A stretch of 63,444 nucleotides of DNA, filler included, from Octopus bimaculoides (Eukaryota): assembly GCF_001194135.2 (NCBI RefSeq). It is 9 parts of 9 records of this genome, joined end to end, with 100 filler letters (N's around TTAATTAATTAA, not from the genome) between each part and the next. Parts side by side here need not be neighbours in the genome. Positions count along the whole stretch, not along the records: positions 6,430 to 25,703 come from NC_068985.1; positions 25,804 to 30,463 come from NC_069005.1; positions 30,564 to 45,381 come from NC_068983.1; 6 more parts are not named here. One strand, 5' to 3'. The notes under the pieces were generated by a model. The model did not search any database. It was given only the letters and a program-made list of their open reading frames with translations, and was not told where the DNA came from. Positions within the stretch are counted from its first letter, which is position 1, and the number at the start of each line of letters is the position of its first letter. Shown here in pieces: positions 25,290 to 37,230 of this stretch. A program made the position numbers and the translations under genes.

Positions 25290-25703
25290 GATTAGAGAGA
25301 GACATGACAGAGCTGGGACCTATATACACTGGATGCTATCCCAACACTATGGAATAACAACAGAAAAAAGATGGTATAAACACACGCCAGAAAAGGTCAC
25401 AGAAAACGAGAAAGCAACCATACTCTGGGATACGCCAATACACACAGATAGAGAAATTAAGGGCAATAGACCAGGTATAGTTGTCAAAGATCATGAAGGA
25501 AAAAACTGCTTTCTAATTGATCTATCAATACCAGCAGATGACAACGTTTCCCTAAAAGAAATGGAGAAACTTTCAGAATACAAAGACCTGGAAATAGAGG
25601 TAACTCGAATGTGGAATCTAAAAACAGAAACAATTCCTATCATAGTAGGTGCCTTAGGTATAATAAAAAAATATTCAGACAAATACATAACAAAAACACC
25701 AGG
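25290..25703 (+). mobile_element. R4/Dong-clade LINE RLE domain, relatively intact, cut by scaffold join
   Basis: ORF 25333-25703: WYKHTPEKVTENEKATILWDTPIHTDREIKGNRPGIVVKDHEGKNCFLIDLSIP...KLSEYKDLEIEVTRMWNLKTETIPIIVGALG. Confidence 0.9.
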
Positions 25704-26649
25704 NNNNNNNNNNNNNNNNNNNNNNNNNNNNNNNNNNNNNNNNNNNNTTAATTAATTAANNNNNNNNNNNNNNNNNNNNNNNNNNNNNNNNNNNNNNNNN
25801 NNNTGTGTGTGTGTGTGTGTGTAAGCTACGCGTAGCTGAAAGAACTCAGATCCTTTTCATATTTAAAAACTCACTGCTGAACTCTAGATCCGAATTTTTC
25901 AGCGGTTGTATGCATATGCCTAAGTTCCTGTTGAAGAATTGGGAAGTATCTCCCCAACTGGATTGAATGGCTGCACCACGGGCTCCAAGCCACTATCTTT
26001 ACAGCCTTAAGGTCTAAGGGAATAATTATTATTCCCCTTTTGCTTCTTTCTGATTTCTTTTCCGTTTTCCAATTTTTTCAACCGACCAATTTCTATATAT
26101 ACTTCCTTCTCGCTTTTTTCTCGTCCCATTTTTAGTTCGTTATGCCATGTAGGTAGTGTCTGATGATTGTGCTTGGACACCAGATGTGTTATAAAACACT
26201 GTTTGACTTGTTCTCAGAACATGAAATTAATAGTAACATATAAAAACATATATTGTGTTTATTAGAGATTTTCTTGACTATATACATATATATGTAATTG
26301 GAAAAGGATGCGTATTATTATATTATATGTATATATATATATATATATATAGATATGTGTGTGTGTGTGTGTGTGCGTGCGTGTGTGTGTGTGTGTGTGT
26401 GAGTGTGTGTGTGTGTGTGTGTGAGTGTGTGCGTGTGTGTGTAAATATATGTATATGTATACATATATATATACATGTGTGTATGTGTGTGTGTAAACAG
26501 GGTTAGTGGTTATAATAGCCGACTAAGGGATAAAATTTGCTTATGTTACTATCGGTATCTGTTGTACATATTATCCCCGAGCAGTGGTGTGCAGGCACAC
26601 TATGCACGTAGATTGCAAGTAACAACAAGAGTTTATCAGGAAACAAAAA

Positions 26650-27226
26650 ACAAATAATCAAAAAATGGAGAAAACCTCAGATAAACTAACACATCGATTG
26701 GAACACATTTATAGCTTATTTTTAAATACAAAGCATGACATTGCATATAGGTGACATAACAAATCTTACGGCCGTTTCTGCATCCGTTGCCAAACGCTGT
26801 CTTTAAATAATTGCGAAAATAAAATTCTTCATCTTCATAGGACATTCGAATTAAGGACCAGAGCTTCATGAGAGTAAAAAACAAGAGCATCCAGTATAAA
26901 CAAAGGGGAAAAGGAATAGGAAAGAAGTCTAGAGGCCCAATATATTTTTAGGCCATGTTTTCCTTCCTATTCCTTCTCTCCTTTGTTTATATTGGATGCT
27001 CTTGTTTTTTTTACTCTGATGAAGTTCCGTGCCTTAATTCGAATGTCCTGTGAAGATGAAGAATTTTATTTTCGCAATTATGTTGTATAGACAGTGTTTG
27101 ACAACGGATGCGAAAATGGCTGCAAGATTTGTTACATCACCTATTTGTATTAAAAAATATGCTATAATTATGATCCAATCGATGTGTTTATTGAACTGAG
27201 GTTTTCTCCATTTTCTGATTATTTGT
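26650..27226. repeat. Long imperfect inverted repeat (foldback / MITE-like); arms of about 270 bp, spacer of about 30 bp
   Basis: Left arm 26650-26926 (ACAAATAATCAAAAAATGGAGAAAACCTCAG...) is the reverse complement of right arm 26959-27226 (...CTGAGGTTTTCTCCATTTTCTGATTATTTGT) with scattered substitutions and small indels. Confidence 0.9.
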
Positions 27227-27968
27227 GTGTGTATATATATANNNNNNNNNNNNNNNNNNNNNNNNNNNNNNNNNNNNNNNNNNNNNNNNNNNNNNNNNNN
27301 NNNNNNNNNNNNNNNNNNNNNNNNNNNNNNNNNNNNNNNNNNNNNNNNNNNNNNNNNNNNNNNNNNNNNNNNNNNNNNNNNNNNNNNNNNNNNNNNNNNN
27401 NNNNNNNNNNNNNNNNNNNNNNNNNNNNNNNNNNNNNNNNNNNNNNNNNNNNNNNNNNNNNNNNNNNNNNNNNNNNNNNNNNNNNNNNNNNNNNNNNNNN
27501 NNNNNNNNNNNNNNNNNNNNNNNNNNNNNNNNNNNNNNNNNNNNNNNNNNNNNNNNNNNNNNNNNNNNNNNNNNNNNNNNNNNNNNNNNNNNNNNNNNNN
27601 NNNNNNNNNNNNNNNNNNNNNNNNNNNNNNNNNNNNNNNNNNNNNNNNNNNNNNNNNNNNNNNNNNNNNNNNNNNNNNNNNNNNNNNNNNNNNNNNNNNN
27701 NNNNNNNNNNNNNNNNNNNNNNNNNNNNNNNNNNNNNNNNNNNNNNNNNNNNNNNNNNNNNNNNNNNNNNNNNNNNNNNNNNNNNNNNNNNNNNNNNNNN
27801 NNNNNNNNNNNNNNNNNNNNNNNNNNNNNNNNNNNNNNNNNNNNNNNNNNNNNNNNNNNNNNNNNNNNNNNNNNNNNNNNNNNNNNNNNNNNNNNNNNNN
27901 NNNNNNNNNNNNNNNNNNNNNNNNNNNNNNNNNNNNNNNNNNNNNNNNNNNNNNNNNNNNNNNNNNNN

Positions 27969-28007
<39 letters not shown>

Positions 28008-28882
28008 GTATGTATGTATGTATATATACATACATACATACATGCATACACATTCAGGCGCGCGGCCGCACACACACACACGCACACGCGCATGTATTTT
28101 TGTAAAGTACATACATATGTCCTTTTGTGAAAACGAAAGCGAGGCAGAACGACACGAAAGAAGATAAATGATAAGAAAATTACGGAACGTTGTTACCACG
28201 TGACCAAATGAAACGCACAGACGACGTATCAAGTGACCAACAGACGAGAAAAGAAAAAAAAGTGGAAACACAATTTCACATTGTTTGTCAGTTACGTTCT
28301 TATGGGTACGACCCAGCTGTAGCGACAGTTTTGATCTTACTTAAATACATTAAACATACTTAAGAAGCAAAAAAGATATATGGAAATCTAGAGGAATATA
28401 GTTATGGTTCATTGTTGATAGGGGCGTAGAGAGGCCCATACATTCAAGTAATCTATAAAAACCTGTCTCTTCAGTTATATTGTCTCAGGAGATTTATTGT
28501 TTGGAAATTTGAGAAAGCTATTTTTTTGTAAACAATGGTTAACATGTGTTTTTAAATACAATGGCGTTTTTGGGGTCTTTTTATTTATTTATTTTTTTTT
28601 TTGTTCTTTTATAAGATCTGGAAACCTTTGAGCTTTATGGAATTGTGTCTTGGATTCTGAAATGTTTTTGCCTTCAACTTAAACTTCCAGACATAACTAA
28701 CTTAAAATAGTTTATCCAACATACACCACTTTTTATTGTTATTGTATTTATTCACAATCTCTCTTCCCCCCTCTCTCTCCCTCTCTCTGTTTATATGTAC
28801 GAATATATATATATATATATATATATATGTGAGTGCGCGCGCGCGTATATGTATGTGTGTATTTATGCATATACATACATAC

Positions 28883-28951
<69 letters not shown>

Positions 28952-30746
28952 NNNNNNNNNNNNNNNNNNNNNNNNNNNNNNNNNNNNNNNNNNNNNNNNN
29001 NNNNNNNNNNNNNNNNNNNNNNNNNNNNNNNNNNNNNNNNNNNNNNNNNNNNNNNNNNNNNNNNNNNNNNNNNNNNNNNNNNNNNNNNNNNNNNNNNNNN
29101 NNNNNNNNNNNNNNNNNNNNNNNNNNNNNNNNNNNNNNNNNNNNNNNNNNNNNNNNNNNNNNNNNNNNNNNNNNNNNNNNNNNNNNNNNNNNNNNNNNNN
29201 NNNNNNNNNNNNNNNNNNNNNNNNNNNNNNNNNNNNNNNNNNNNNNNNNNNNNNNNNNNNNNNNNNNNNNNNNNNNNNNNNNNNNNNNNNNNNNNNNNNN
29301 NNNNNNNNNNNNNNNNNNNNNNNNNNNNNNNNNNNNNNNNNNNNNNNNNNNNNNNNNNNNNNNNNNNNNNNNNNNNNNNNNNNNNNNNNNNNNNNNNNNN
29401 NNNNNNNNNNNNNNNNNNNNNNNNNNNNNNNNNNNNNNNNNNNNNNNNNNNNNNNNNNNNNNNNNNNNNNNNNNNNNNNNNNNNNNNNNNNNNNNNNNNN
29501 NNNNNNNNNNNNNNNNNNNNNNNNNNNNNNNNNNNNNNNNNNNNNNNNNNNNNNNNNNNNNNNNNNNNNNNNNNNNNNNNNNNNNNNNNNNNNNNNNNNN
29601 NNNNNNNNNNNNNNNNNNNNNNNNNNNNNNNNNNNNNNNNNNNNNNNNNNNNNNNNNNNNNNNNNNNNNNNNNNNNNNNNNNNNNNNNNNNNNNNNNNNN
29701 NNNNNNNNNNNATATATATATATATATATATATATCATATATCATATATATTACGTCCATATTTACATATGTGATATATACTATCACCATCTCATCAGCA
29801 CCAACTGCAGCAGAACCAGCAGCAACTTTTTAACGTCTGCTTTTGCATTCGTACACGGGTCAGATGAGAGTATCAAAGTATACTAGAGCAGTGTTTTGTA
29901 CGACTGGATGCTCTTCCTGTTGCCAAGCCTCACCTGTTTATGTAAGTTTCCTTCTATCGAACAACAAAAAAACCCGGACATACTTACATGGATAATTAAA
30001 GACAAAAGACACTGTAACGAGCCTAACGTTTACGTAGATTGTGTATTGTAATATCTATTATTTTTTATTAATATTTTATATACATACTATTAGCTATGTG
30101 GTAAGAAGCTTACTTCCCAACTACATGGTTCCAGGTTCAATCCTACTGAGTGGCACCTTTGTCAAATGTTTTCTATTATAGCCTCGGACCCACCAAAGTC
30201 TTGTGAGTGGATTTGATAGACAGAAACTGGAAGACGCTCGTCGTATATGCGTGGTGTGGTGTGGTGTGTTTATGTCCCCCGTAACTTAGCGTTTCAGCAA
30301 AACTGACTGATAGGATAAGTACCAGGCTTTACAATGATTCTACTAAAATTGGTCAAGGTGGTGCCCCAGCATGACTGCAATATAATAGCCGACACGAGTA
30401 AAAGATAAAAGATAAATATATACATATATGAATGTGTGTATATATATATATACATATGTATATNNNNNNNNNNNNNNNNNNNNNNNNNNNNNNNNNNNNN
30501 NNNNNNNTTAATTAATTAANNNNNNNNNNNNNNNNNNNNNNNNNNNNNNNNNNNNNNNNNNNNCACATTAGACATGCGCCTTTCCAATGCGTACCATCAT
30601 GGATAAGTGTCTGCTATTATAGCCTTAGGCCGACCAAAGAGCCTTGTGAGTGGATTCGGAAGGCGGAAACTAAATGAATCCCATCGTATGTGTGTGTGTA
30701 TATGTCTGTGTGTATTTATGTGTGTGTGTGTGTGTGTGTGTATTTG

Positions 30747-30785
<39 letters not shown>

Positions 30786-30803
30786 CTTTAGAAACGTAAC
30801 CAT

Positions 30804-30901
30804 ATGTGGACCGTTGGCGATTTCCCTTTTTCCTTCTTCTTTGGACTTTTCCCTTTCTCCTATTTACTTCTGTTATGTCTGTGTACATACGAATCGCAAA
30901 T
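30804..30901 (+). CDS. Speculative first coding exon (hydrophobic, signal-peptide-like) of the Caspr-like gene
   Basis: ATG at 30804, MWTVGDFPFSFFFGLFPFSYLLLLCLCTYESQ + AT, donor GTAATA at 30902. Phase 2 matches the next candidate exon, but a chance match is quite possible. Confidence 0.2.
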
Positions 30902-31242
30902 GTAATATAAGAATACAAAATAATAAGAAATGGAAGGGGATTTGGTTCCAGAATAGTGTCATACACTATATCACAGTTATATAATACCTTTATATTGACA
31001 GTACATATTACAATATGTTTACTAATGCACGTTATTAAACATCAAATACAGGAGCCATATTTGTAGGGGAATAACCGACTAACTACCTGAATTAACATGA
31101 AAGAAATATGGACGAAGATCGGTAGACATTATGTCACAGGTTTAAAGTTTGCGAACACTCGTTTAGTATGATGCAAACAGTTAAGTCCGAGTTCAGATTT
31201 TCTATTTAGTCGATTACCTTGATATTTTGATATTTCATACAG

Positions 31243-31286
31243 GTCGGTGCAGCATAATCTGCAACCGTACATGCTATTTGAATATG
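31243..31286 (+). CDS. Candidate 44-nt exon upstream of the Caspr-like exons
   Basis: Acceptor TTTCATACAG, donor GTAAGG; phase 2 in, phase 1 out; reads SVQHNLQPYMLFEY and joins exon A in frame (G+AC = Asp). Confidence 0.45.
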
Positions 31287-31635
31287 GTAAGGCTCTCCTG
31301 ACTATACTCCAGGCAATCTCAAATTCATTATTATTGTCCTCTCATTCCCATACCTTTTCTGCTAGAGATGTGTCGTTAGTTTTATGACGGCGTTTAACTA
31401 ATAAATGTGATATAAAAACCTGCGCTGGCACTTTTGCCTATATCGGTTCGTCTTCACCTAGCTTCAAATCAAGATTACGTAACCACATCTCATCCTTTGG
31501 ACCTAAATCTCACTCCTCTTCTTACTATGTTATATTCTTATTATATTACATTTAAGATTTGTATGTATATGTAACGAAATGTATATACGTGCGCTTGGAT
31601 GTATGTATAGGTAAAATTACATATGTACGGCTTTG

Positions 31636-31712
<77 letters not shown>

Positions 31713-31907
31713 NNNNNNNNNNNNNNNNNNNNNNNNNNNNNNNNNNNNNNNNNNNNNNNNNNNNNNNNNNNNNNNNNNNNNNNNNNNNNNNNNNNNNNNN
31801 NNNNNNNNNNNNNNNNNNNNNNNNNNNNNNNNNNNNNNNNNNNNNNNNNNNNNNNNNNNNNNNNNNNNNNNNNNNNNNNNNNNNNNNNNNNNNNNNNNNN
31901 NNNNNNN

Positions 31908-31952
<45 letters not shown>

Positions 31953-32129
31953 TTGTGTGTGTACATGTGTGTGTACATGTGTGTGTACATGTGTGTGTAT
32001 GGATACACGTACATAGGTTTATCCAATAGTTTGTTGATGAGTATAAAATTAAAATCATAGTTTCTTGCAGGACGTATTTTAGTACATACTTCCAGTGTGT
32101 GCGTGTGTGTGTGTGTGTGTCTGTCCATA

Positions 32130-32162
<33 letters not shown>

Positions 32163-32172
32163 NNNNNNNNNN

Positions 32173-32204
<32 letters not shown>

Positions 32205-32364
32205 GGGTGTGTGTGCATATATAGGTACGTATGTGTATGTACGTATATGTCTATCTATGCGCGCATGTGTGTATGCATGTTGGATTCTGAGCCTACATTA
32301 GACCGTGGACTGTACACCCTTGTGTGATTTTTGCCCACACACAAGTCAATTACAGAAAAATATA

Positions 32365-32442
32365 TTATATTTATAGAGGGATGACCATTGGGGGCCACTG
32401 GAAGGATGCCCCCCCCCAATGGTCATCCCTCTATAAATATAA
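32365..32442. repeat. Perfect 30-bp inverted repeat with 18-nt loop
   Basis: TTATATTTATAGAGGGATGACCATTGGGGG (32365-32394) pairs with 32413-32442; imperfect pairing extends about 20 bp further. A hAT-like end (GGTTGAGAACCACTG) lies at 32527-32541. Confidence 0.88.
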
Positions 32443-32746
32443 ATTTTTCTTTAATTGACATTTGCTTTCTTTTGGGTGTTGGCCTTAAAGAACTCTTGGT
32501 TTGGGGTCTGGCGTAGATATTAAAAAGGTTGAGAACCACTGATCAACAGTCGCCATATAATTTATCCTTTGTTTTCTTTTAAGATGTTAGGATGTGATTT
32601 GATGGGGATTTGGCTGCTATTCCTAACAAGTCATGTAACCAGACAAAGCCTGTATTTTCTTGTAATGTCCATGTAAAGAAAAAACAAGTTACCGAAAGCA
32701 TTGAGTAGTTTCATACATTTATTTCCCTTGTGTTTATTTACTGCAG

Positions 32747-32901
32747 ACGTCTACAGGGACTGCCAAGAAATTAGGGAAAACTCCATGAATAAAAATCCTT
32801 TGGACAATGATGTCTATCCTATTGACTCAGACGGCGCTGGCGGCGAAAATCTGTTTGCCGCTACTTGTAATTTTACCGACACTCATGTTGCTGTCACAGA
32901 G
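32747..32901 (+). CDS. Exon A: start of Caspr/Neurexin-IV-type fibrinogen-like module 1
   Basis: Acceptor TTTACTGCAG, donor GTAATT; (D)VYRDCQEIRENSMNKNPLDNDVYPIDSDGAGGENLFAATCNFTDTHVAVTE, with the 'C...Y.ID.DG.G...F...C.F' motif. Confidence 0.85.
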
Positions 32902-33367
32902 GTAATTAACTCAAGAATCACTAAATTAATTTACATTGTAACACTTTAAATTATAAATAATAATAATATCATTGTTATAGTTGATAAGCTGGTAATTTGA
33001 ATTTTTATTTTTATTCAATTAGAAGAGAAAACATTGTAATGACCTTTTCTCCTAATGGAAGAAAATAATGATGTAAGGAAAGAACAAAGGTAGACGGGGT
33101 GAAAAGTAAGACAGGAGGTAGGGATGGAGAGAGAGGAAGTTATCCTTGGCTATGGTGGGACAACAAGCAATGTTTACACTGTGGTGTAGCTGTAATGATG
33201 GGTTAACAACCAGTTCTTACACTATAAAACTTTTGTAATGATGAGATAACATCGAGTGTTTAAATTGTAAAAACTAGATGTTATCTTCCAATGGCATCGA
33301 AGGGCAATATGAAAGGTGGGGAGCAATACAAGGCAGTACGTGATATCAGAACGGAGTGAATAATTTT

Positions 33368-34322
33368 TTTTCTACTCTAGGCACAAGGCTCGAAATTTTG
33401 GGGGAGGGGGCCAAAAATGAAAAGCAAAGTTGACCTCCGCAGAATTTGAACTCAGAATGTAAAGACAGACGAAATACCACAAAACATTTTGCCCCACGTG
33501 CTAACGTTTCTTTTTTTTTTTACTGCCCAAAAGGGGCTGCACACAGAGGTGACAAACAAGGGCAGACAAACGGATTAAGTCGATTATATCGACTCCAGTA
33601 CGTAACTGGTACTTATTTAATCGACCCCGAAAGGATGAAAGGCAAAGTCGACCTCGGCGGAATTTGAACTCAGAACGTAGCGGCAGACGAAATACCGCTA
33701 AGCATTTCGCCCGGTGTGCTGACGATTCTGCCAGCTCGATTCTGCCTTCATTTAGAGAATATCGGGGCACTCCGTCGGTTATGACGATGAGGGTTCCAGT
33801 TGATCCGATCAACGGAACAGCCTGCTCGTGAAATTAACGTGAAAGTGGTTGAGCACTCCACAGACACGTGTATCCTTAACGTGGTTCTCGGGGAGGTTCA
33901 GCGTGACGCAGAGTGTGACAAGGCTGGCCCTTTGAAATACAGGTACGAAACAGAAGGAAAGAGTGAAAGAAAGTTGTAGTGGAAGAGTACAGCAGGTTTC
34001 ACCATCCCTACCCTCTGCCGGAGCCTCGTAGAGCTTTAGGTATTTTCGCTCAATAAACACTCACATCGCCCGGTCTGGGAATCGAAACCGTGGTCCTATG
34101 ACTGCGAGTCCGCTGCCCTAACCACTGGGTCATTGCGCCTCCACTTAGAGAATATAATAATGAGAAAGAAGTACACAATATACTTTTCAACTCTAGGTAC
34201 TAGGCCCGAAATTTTAGGGAAGGGCGACCCCAGTGCGTAACTGGTACTTAATTTATCGACCCCGAAAGGATGAGAAGCAAAGTCGACCTCGGCGGAATTT
34301 GAACTCAGAACGTAAAGACAGA
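33368..34322 (-). mobile_element. Intronic SINE cluster: family 1 x2 (33368-33740), family 3 (33765-34144), family 1 (34185-34322)
   Basis: Reverse-complement matches to the family bodies. Confidence 0.85.
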
Positions 34323-34764
34323 CTTAGAAGTACACTATATAGGAATAGAATATTGTAGAGTGCGGAATATGTGGAGAACACAGTGTGAGGAGAATACAGT
34401 GCATAATATGAGATGAAAATACATAATGCAAAAGATGATATATGAGTGATGGTGCACCGACGAGTGGCTGAGCATGTTGGGCTCACTATCATAAGTTCGG
34501 TTCTTGGATCAGGGGTTTCACATTAAGTCCCTCAACAAGGCACTTCATTTCGTGTTACTCCAGTCTGTTCAGCTGCTTCACAACTGGTGATGGTTTGTTT
34601 ATTTTCCTGTAACTTAGCGGTTTGGCAAAAGCTATCAATAAAATAAGTACAAGATTTTAAAAATATGAGTAATGGGACCGATTTGATTGACCGATACATT
34701 TCAGGTTGTGTCCCAGCATAGCCGCAGTCCAATGACTGAAACAAGTAAAAAAAATAAACGAATA

Positions 34765-34905
34765 AATATGCCATAGAGGTTGGAGCCAGAGGTCTTGCGG
34801 GCAAATCTGTTTACGATCAGCCTCTCGGAAGAACAGGACCAAAAGCCTAAAGGCAATATCAGAGAGAGCAAAAAGATACTCCAGCTGGATCTGGCTGAGA
34901 AGGAA
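34765..34905 (+). mobile_element. Probable HERO/NeSL-like RLE LINE extreme 3' fragment
   Basis: YAIEVGARGLAGKSVYD...KSLKAISERAKRYSSWIWLRR resembles the 'PIEVGCRGF...A..AS.W.W.RR' C-terminus. Confidence 0.45.
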
Positions 34906-35389
34906 CAAGAATGACCTCCAAACTGTGTGAAGGTGATTTTTATATTTTAATGATAAGGGAAGTAACTCTGAGTCATTGTGAGAGCCTTGGCATTTTACCG
35001 CTACCATAAGAACCAACGTTATTTCTTCTTTAAGTATAATTTTGAAAGCTGAAACAGCAGAGAGGGGTTTCAACTAGATGAAATCTCCAAGCGGTTTAAA
35101 TGCACAAGTCTCTGAAATCCAAGTTGCTAAAAAGTGTCAGCGAAAAGGCATCCAGGAGTCATGACCTGAATGTGGCCTGGACCCCTCAGAGTCTAAGAAG
35201 TTAAGGGCCGAAACACTTGCCTGAATAGGGTTTCTTTGAAAACCTTCTACCGTTCAGTTCCCTTGAGAGTTTCTTACCACTGCCTGTTTTTTGATATTAC
35301 CAAAGTATAGAAATACTTGATTGAGAGAAAAACCCAACTAAAATCCTTTGTAAAACTTAACTGATATTTTATTTTTTCTGTTTCCATAG

Positions 35390-35518
35390 GTGACACATTC
35401 AATAATCGAGTTTACCAAAGTGACTACCTCGACAGGAATGAACATCACACTTAATTATACATCATCAACTGTGCATCAAATTAAAGCACTCGTCAACTAT
35501 TCTAACTTCTGTTATCAG
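35390..35518 (+). CDS. Exon B of module 1
   Basis: Acceptor TTTTTTCTGTTTCCATAG, donor GTAACA; 129 nt, phase 0-0; VTHSIIEFTKVTTSTGMNITLNYTSSTVHQIKALVNYSNFCYQ (Caspr 'Y....EQI.AL+..S..C.Q'). Confidence 0.85.
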
Positions 35519-35815
35519 GTAACAAAATTTACATTAAATTAAAAATTTCAGTTAATGTTATACATTAATTGAAAATATGCGCGAATTGTGTTTAGTTCTA
35601 TTGATAATTATCAATTTTGCCGACATCAGCATGCATCAGTAAATAATTTGTTTGATGATTTCAACAAACAGAAGCAACTACTTTTGTTTAGATTCATTGA
35701 TTCCTGCTAGCTTTGACTGATGGTACGTACACACAATTTGGTCGAAATACCACGATGTCTCAAAGTCCCCTTACGTCATTAAAATGCCTGTGTTATGAAC
35801 ACATATCGTCTAAAG

Positions 35816-36110
35816 CAGAGGTTTTCAAACTTTTTGACTTGCGGACCTTTTTATATTTCAGGCTTTACCTTAGGGACCCCCTTATAAACGGTTATGAAAT
35901 TTATACATAAATATTTGCTTAAAATAACATATTTTTACATTTATTTATTTAACAGTATTTAACAAATAGGTTTATTGTCAATTAAAAGATTTCGATTAAA
36001 AAACATATATAAAATCAAATTGCCCATAAAAAGTATTTGCTGTCTACGAACCCCCTGTCTTGTTCTTGCGGACCCCCTGTGATCCGCGGACCACAGTTTG
36101 AAAACCCCTG
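35816..36110. mobile_element. hAT-superfamily MITE, 295 bp, with 8-bp TSD
   Basis: TIRs CAGAGGTTTTCAAAC / GTTTGAAAACCCCTG; identical GTCTAAAG at 35808-35815 and 36111-36118. Confidence 0.9.
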
Positions 36111-36475
36111 GTCTAAAGGAAGGAGGTTTCTCCGTTGATAAAAAACAACAGCGATCAGTATATCCACGTTCAAATCTATCACAACAAATTGAGAATGAAC
36201 AGATGTTATTGTATGGACTTGCGCCGTCCTGTGTGTTCCTTATGATTTATCATCAGTTTGGCAAACATCTGCACGCATCAACAAATACCTTGCTTGCTGA
36301 TTCCCATAAACAAGATTCATCGATTAGGGTTGTAGGGTAGCCTTGACTGATGAGACATATCATCAGGTCAAAAAGCCATAGTGTTTCAAAGTCCCATTGC
36401 ACTATTAAGAATGAATGTATACGTTATTAAATGATTTGTAATTAATTCTAAAATTCAAATGTTTATATTAAACAG

Positions 36476-36809
36476 GATGTGGAATACCAATGTCAAAATA
36501 CCCCTTTGATTAATAATGGAAGCGACTCTTTTGGTTACCTGGTTTCTTACGATGGGACAAAAATGGATCGTTTTGGTGTTGGATACTCTGATGACGTTGT
36601 TGGCTGTGCATGCATGGTGACTGGCACTTGTCCTGAACAACATACATGTGAATGTGATGCAAAATCTTCTGACTGGAAGTGGGATGAAGGTGTTGTGGTC
36701 GATAAAAAATATCTACCTTTAACACAGGCCGTTTTTCGTCCAAAAACGCAGACAAATCAAAGGGCTAAAATATCCATAAGTTCCATAAAATGTTCTTCAC
36801 GACCAATTT
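36476..36809 (+). CDS. Exon C: Cys-rich second half of module 1
   Basis: Acceptor AAACAG, donor GTAAGA; 334 nt, phase 0-1; DVEYQCQNTPL...GCACMVTGTCPEQHTCECDAKSSDWKWDEGVVVDKKYLPLTQAVF...IKCSSRPI, matching Caspr 'C.CG..G.C...CNCDA...W..D.G.+..K..LP'. Confidence 0.9.
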
Positions 36810-36871
36810 GTAAGAATCCTTGTTGCTTGTTTTACCTATCTTTAGCCAATTATAATTATTTCACTCTTTAA

Positions 36872-37230
36872 AGCTGGCAGAATCGTTAGCGCGCTGGACG
36901 AAATGCTTAGCGGTATTTCGCCCGTCGCTACGTTCTAAGTTCAAATTCCACCGAGGTCGACTTTACCTTTCATCCTTTAGGGTTCGATAAATAAGTACCA
37001 GTTGAACACTGAGGTCGATGTAATCGACTCATCCTATTCCCCAATGTTGCTTCCCTTGTGGCAAAATTTGAAATCGTTATTTCTCTTTTTAAGACGGCGA
37101 GCTGGCAGAAACGTTAGCAAGCCGGGTGAAATGCTTGACAGTATTTCATCTGTTGTTCTGGGTTCAAATCTCACAGAGGTCTACACTGCTTTGTTTCTTT
37201 TAAGAGTCAATAAAATACAGAACTAATCAA
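36872..37230 (+). mobile_element. SINE family 1, two tandem copies (another at 37538-37728)
   Basis: Family head and body. Confidence 0.82.

Noticed and set aside
36343-36372. CTGATGA within a small hairpin (also CTGATGA near 7064 and 26160, and a GAAAC motif near 52470)
   Set aside because: No correctly placed GAAA/NUH and stems; not hammerheads.
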